From an uncultured delta proteobacterium (GTDB taxonomy: Bacteria; Myxococcota_A; Polyangia; Polyangiales; B10-G4): 64,000 nucleotides of DNA. The notes beneath the pieces were generated by a model that made no database searches, had not been told where the DNA came from, and saw only the letters and a program-made list of their open reading frames with translations. Below, piece by piece: positions 61,112 through 64,000 of this stretch; within the stretch, counting starts at the first letter, position 1; each line of letters begins with the position of its first letter. The position numbers were made by a program, and so were the translations under genes. The stretch lies in assembly GCA_963727445.1 (NCBI GenBank), contig CAVSGI010000010.1, positions 672,001-736,000 of the forward strand, written 5' to 3'.

Positions 61112-62740
61112 ATGGCTCTGCGCCCGATCCTCGACGTCGCTGCCGATCTCGACCTCCGCGGCGACTCCGTCATCCCCTGGGGCCCTCACGCAGCCAAAGT
61201 CCCGATGCGTGTCATCGGCGAGCCGAAGCCGCGGGGCAAGCTGGTGCTGGTGTCGGCGGTGACACCGACCAAGCACGGTGAGGGCAAGAGCACCGTGAGC
61301 GTCGGCCTGACCATGGGCCTGGTCCGCGTGGGCCAGAAGGCCGTCGCCTGCCTCCGCGAGCCGTCCCTCGGCCCGGTCTTCGGCATCAAGGGGGGCGGCA
61401 CCGGCGGCGGCAAGGCGCAGGTGGTGCCGGCCGACCGCATCAACCTCCACTTCACCGGGGACCTGCACGCGATCACCACCGCGCACGATCTCTGCTCCGC
61501 GCTGGTGGAGAACGACCTCCACTTCGGCGCGAAGAGCGGACTCGATCCGCGGCGGGTCAGCTGGCCACGCGTGCTCGACGTCAACGACCGCACCCTGCGT
61601 CAGGTGACGACCGGCCTCGGTGGACGGGGCAACGGCGTGCCGCGCGAGGCGCGCTTCGACATCACGGCGGCGAGCGAGGTGATGGCGGTCTTCGCGATGG
61701 CGCGCGACCGCGCGCACCTCCGCGCGCGTCTCGGACGCATCGTGGTGGGCCTGGGGAAGAAGAGCGCGCCCATCACCACCGAGGACGTGGGCGCCGCGGA
61801 CTCGATGGCGGTGCTCCTCGACGACGCCATCGACCCGAACCTCGTGCAGACCGCCGAAGGGGGCCCGGCGCTGCTGCACGGGGGGCCCTTCGCGAACATC
61901 GCGCACGGATGCTCGAGCGTGATCTCGACGCGCCTCGGATTGAGCCGCGCGGATGTCGTGGTGACCGAAGCCGGCTTCGGCTTCGACCTCGGCGGCGAGA
62001 AGTTCCTACATCTGAAGTGCCGGAGCGCAGGGCTCTGGCCTTCGGCGGTGGTGTTGGTGGTCACGGCCAAGGCGCTCGCGAGCCACGGCGGCGGTGAGGC
62101 GGGCGACCTCGAGGCGGTGCGCCGCGGGCTGGCGCACCTCGACGCGCAGCTCGACAACATCGCGGCCTTCGGGCTGACGCCGGTGGCGGCCCTGAACGTC
62201 TTTCCGGGCGACACCGAGGAGGCGCTGGCGTTGATCGAGGCGCGGACGAGCGAGCGCGGCGTGCGCTCGGCGCGTTTCACCGGCTTCGCGGATGGAGGCG
62301 CCGGCGCAGAGGCGCTCGCGCACGAGGTGGTGGCGGCGATCGAAGCGCCGGCCACCGAGCCGCGCTTCCTCTACGAGGAAGACGCCCACGCGATGGAGAA
62401 AGTGAGCGCGATCGCGCAGACGCTCTACGGGGCAGAGCGCGTGGTCTGGACGAAGGAAGCGAAGAGCCGCCTCGGTCGGCTCGAGAAGGGCGGCTTCGGA
62501 CATCTGCCACCCTGCATCGCCAAGACGCAAACCTCCTTCAGCGACGATCCACGCCGGCCCGCGATCAAGGGCGGCTTCATCGTCACCGTCACCGACGTGC
62601 GCGTCTCGGCGGGCGCGGGCTTCCTGGTGGTGCTGATGGGCGACATGAACACCATGCCCGGACTGCCGCGCGAGCCCGCCGCGCTGAAGATTCGCCTCGA
62701 GGCCGATGGGCGCGTGCGCGGCCTGATGCAGGGCGAATGA
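61112..62740 (+). CDS. fhs: Formate--tetrahydrofolate ligase
   Basis: TPTKHGEGKST, LREPSLGPVFGIKGG, INLHFTGD, FDITAASE, HGGPFANIAHG, TEAGFG, CIAKTQ, MPGLP. Confidence 0.97.
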   Translation: MALRPILDVAADLDLRGDSVIPWGPHAAKVPMRVIGEPKPRGKLVLVSAVTPTKHGEGKSTVSVGLTMGLVRVGQKAVACLREPSLGPVFGIKGGGTGGGKAQVVPADRINLHFTGDLHAITTAHDLCSALVENDLHFGAKSGLDPRRVSWPRVLDVNDRTLRQVTTGLGGRGNGVPREARFDITAASEVMAVFAMARDRAHLRARLGRIVVGLGKKSAPITTEDVGAADSMAVLLDDAIDPNLVQTAEGGPALLHGGPFANIAHGCSSVISTRLGLSRADVVVTEAGFGFDLGGEKFLHLKCRSAGLWPSAVVLVVTAKALASHGGGEAGDLEAVRRGLAHLDAQLDNIAAFGLTPVAALNVFPGDTEEALALIEARTSERGVRSARFTGFADGGAGAEALAHEVVAAIEAPATEPRFLYEEDAHAMEKVSAIAQTLYGAERVVWTKEAKSRLGRLEKGGFGHLPPCIAKTQTSFSDDPRRPAIKGGFIVTVTDVRVSAGAGFLVVLMGDMNTMPGLPREPAALKIRLEADGRVRGLMQGE

Positions 62741-63678
62741 CGAAGAAGTCGATCTCGGTCTCCGCGGAGGACGACGGCAAGACCCTCGCCGCGGTGGTGC
62801 GCGCCGCGATGGACGAGATCCCCTGGAGCAAGGCGCGCGAGCTCGTGCACCGGGGCAAGGTCACGGTCGACGGCGAGATCGCCGAGGACCCGGCCGTGCG
62901 CATGAGCGCCGGACAGGCGGTGTCGATCGATCCCGAAGGGCGACGCCGACGCCGCGGCGTCCTCGACCGGAGCGCCATCGTCTACCTCGACGCCGACGTA
63001 GTCGTCGTCGACAAGCCCCCGGGCATCCTCAGCGTTCCCTACGCCGCCGGTGACAAGGACACCCTCGTCGATCAGACCTTCGCCGCCCTCAAGCGCGAAC
63101 GCCCGAGCCAGCGCGCCCCGCTCGGGGTCGTCCAGCGCCTCGACAAAGACACCAGCGGCCTCATCGTCTTCGCCCGCAACCTCCCGGCCAAGCGCCACCT
63201 CGCCCAGCAGCTCCGCAAGCACACCGTCACGCGGCGCTACCTCGCCCTCGTTCACGGCATCGCCGAGAGCCGGCGCCACGAGAGCATCTTCATCCGCGAC
63301 CGCGGCGACGGGCTGCGCGGCTCCTTCGGCGTCTTCCGGCGCCCGAAGTCCAAGCAGCCGCCGAAAGACGCCAAGCGCGCCGTCACCCACGTGCGCCGCC
63401 TCGAATCCTTCGGTGACGTCGCCTCCCTCGTCGAGTGCCGCCTCGAGACCGGTCGCCAGCACCAGATCCGCATCCACCTCGCCGAAGACGGCCACCCGCT
63501 GATCGGCGAGCGCGTCTACATCCGCGACTTCTCGGGGTCACCCATCGACGCGCCGCGCATCATGCTCCACGCGCAGTCGCTCGGCTTCGATCATCCGCGG
63601 AGCGACGAGCGCGTCGAGCTCGAGAGCGCGTTGCCTGCGGACTTCGCCGAGGTGCTGAAGCGGCTGCGCAGCGCGTAG
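62737..63678 (+). CDS. RluA/RluD family pseudouridine synthase with S4 domain
   Basis: VVDKPPG, VQRLDKDTSGL, LETGRQHQIRIH, MLHA; ATGA overlap with fhs. Confidence 0.95.
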   Translation: MTKKSISVSAEDDGKTLAAVVRAAMDEIPWSKARELVHRGKVTVDGEIAEDPAVRMSAGQAVSIDPEGRRRRRGVLDRSAIVYLDADVVVVDKPPGILSVPYAAGDKDTLVDQTFAALKRERPSQRAPLGVVQRLDKDTSGLIVFARNLPAKRHLAQQLRKHTVTRRYLALVHGIAESRRHESIFIRDRGDGLRGSFGVFRRPKSKQPPKDAKRAVTHVRRLESFGDVASLVECRLETGRQHQIRIHLAEDGHPLIGERVYIRDFSGSPIDAPRIMLHAQSLGFDHPRSDERVELESALPADFAEVLKRLRSA

Positions 63679-63709
63679 GCTTCGCGCATGCCGCTCGCGG
63701 AGCTTCGCG

Positions 63710-64000
63710 TCACTCGCTGAAGACGGCTCGAGCGATCTCTCCGCTCCGGGTCCTCGCCCACACCAACTCGACGCCGTTCGAGGCGATGCCGAAGGGCAGG
63801 CGTTGGCCTTCGATGATGCACAGCGATGCTCCATCGAGGGAGGCCACCCCCACTGCGCCTCGGTCGTCGAACGACGTCCACGCCACACGCGCGTCGTCCA
63901 CGGCAATCCCCCTCGGGGTCACGAGATGCTCGGCGATGAGCTCCGGCTCGCCCCCGCTAACCGGTATTCGCATGACCGCTCTGCTCCCCGCGTCGGCCCA
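63710..64000 (-). CDS. C-terminal part of a beta-propeller protein; start lies outside the window
   Basis: Frame open to 64000: WADAGSRAVMRIPVSGG..PRGIAVDDARVAWT..PFGIASNG..LVWA. Confidence 0.7.
   Translation of the reverse strand, partial: WADAGSRAVMRIPVSGGEPELIAEHLVTPRGIAVDDARVAWTSFDDRGAVGVASLDGASLCIIEGQRLPFGIASNGVELVWARTRSGEIARAVFSE

Overview
High-GC, gene-dense bacterial chromosome segment. Gene content (MYXO-CTERM proteins, eukaryotic-like Ser/Thr kinases, FHA-sigma54 activator, PEGA/TPR proteins, many Cys-rich lipoproteins, a DUF1592/DUF1552 pair) points to Myxococcota, probably Polyangia-like; this is inference. Housekeeping genes: polB, greB, rhomboid protease, SDR, enoyl-CoA hydratase, 2-oxoacid dehydrogenase E2, SpoU methylase, thioredoxin-like protein, fhs, RluA-family synthase and tRNA-His/Arg/Lys. 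Most notable: (1) a stand-alone C-A-T-TE NRPS whose thioesterase has a Cys nucleophile; (2) a three-gene DAB-type inorganic carbon pump; (3) a kinase-PEGA operon followed by four tandem paralogous lipoproteins with lectin-like and five-bladed propeller domains, the largest case of a recurring TPR/PEGA + lipoprotein + kinase + FHA-sigma54 pattern that may be a trans-envelope signalling system; (4) several sigma54 promoters and many apparently leaderless or bidirectional sigma70 promoters; (5) four single-base frameshifts, probably assembly indels. No CRISPR array, rRNA, integrase or transposase was seen. Domain names come from motif recognition by eye, not database searches.
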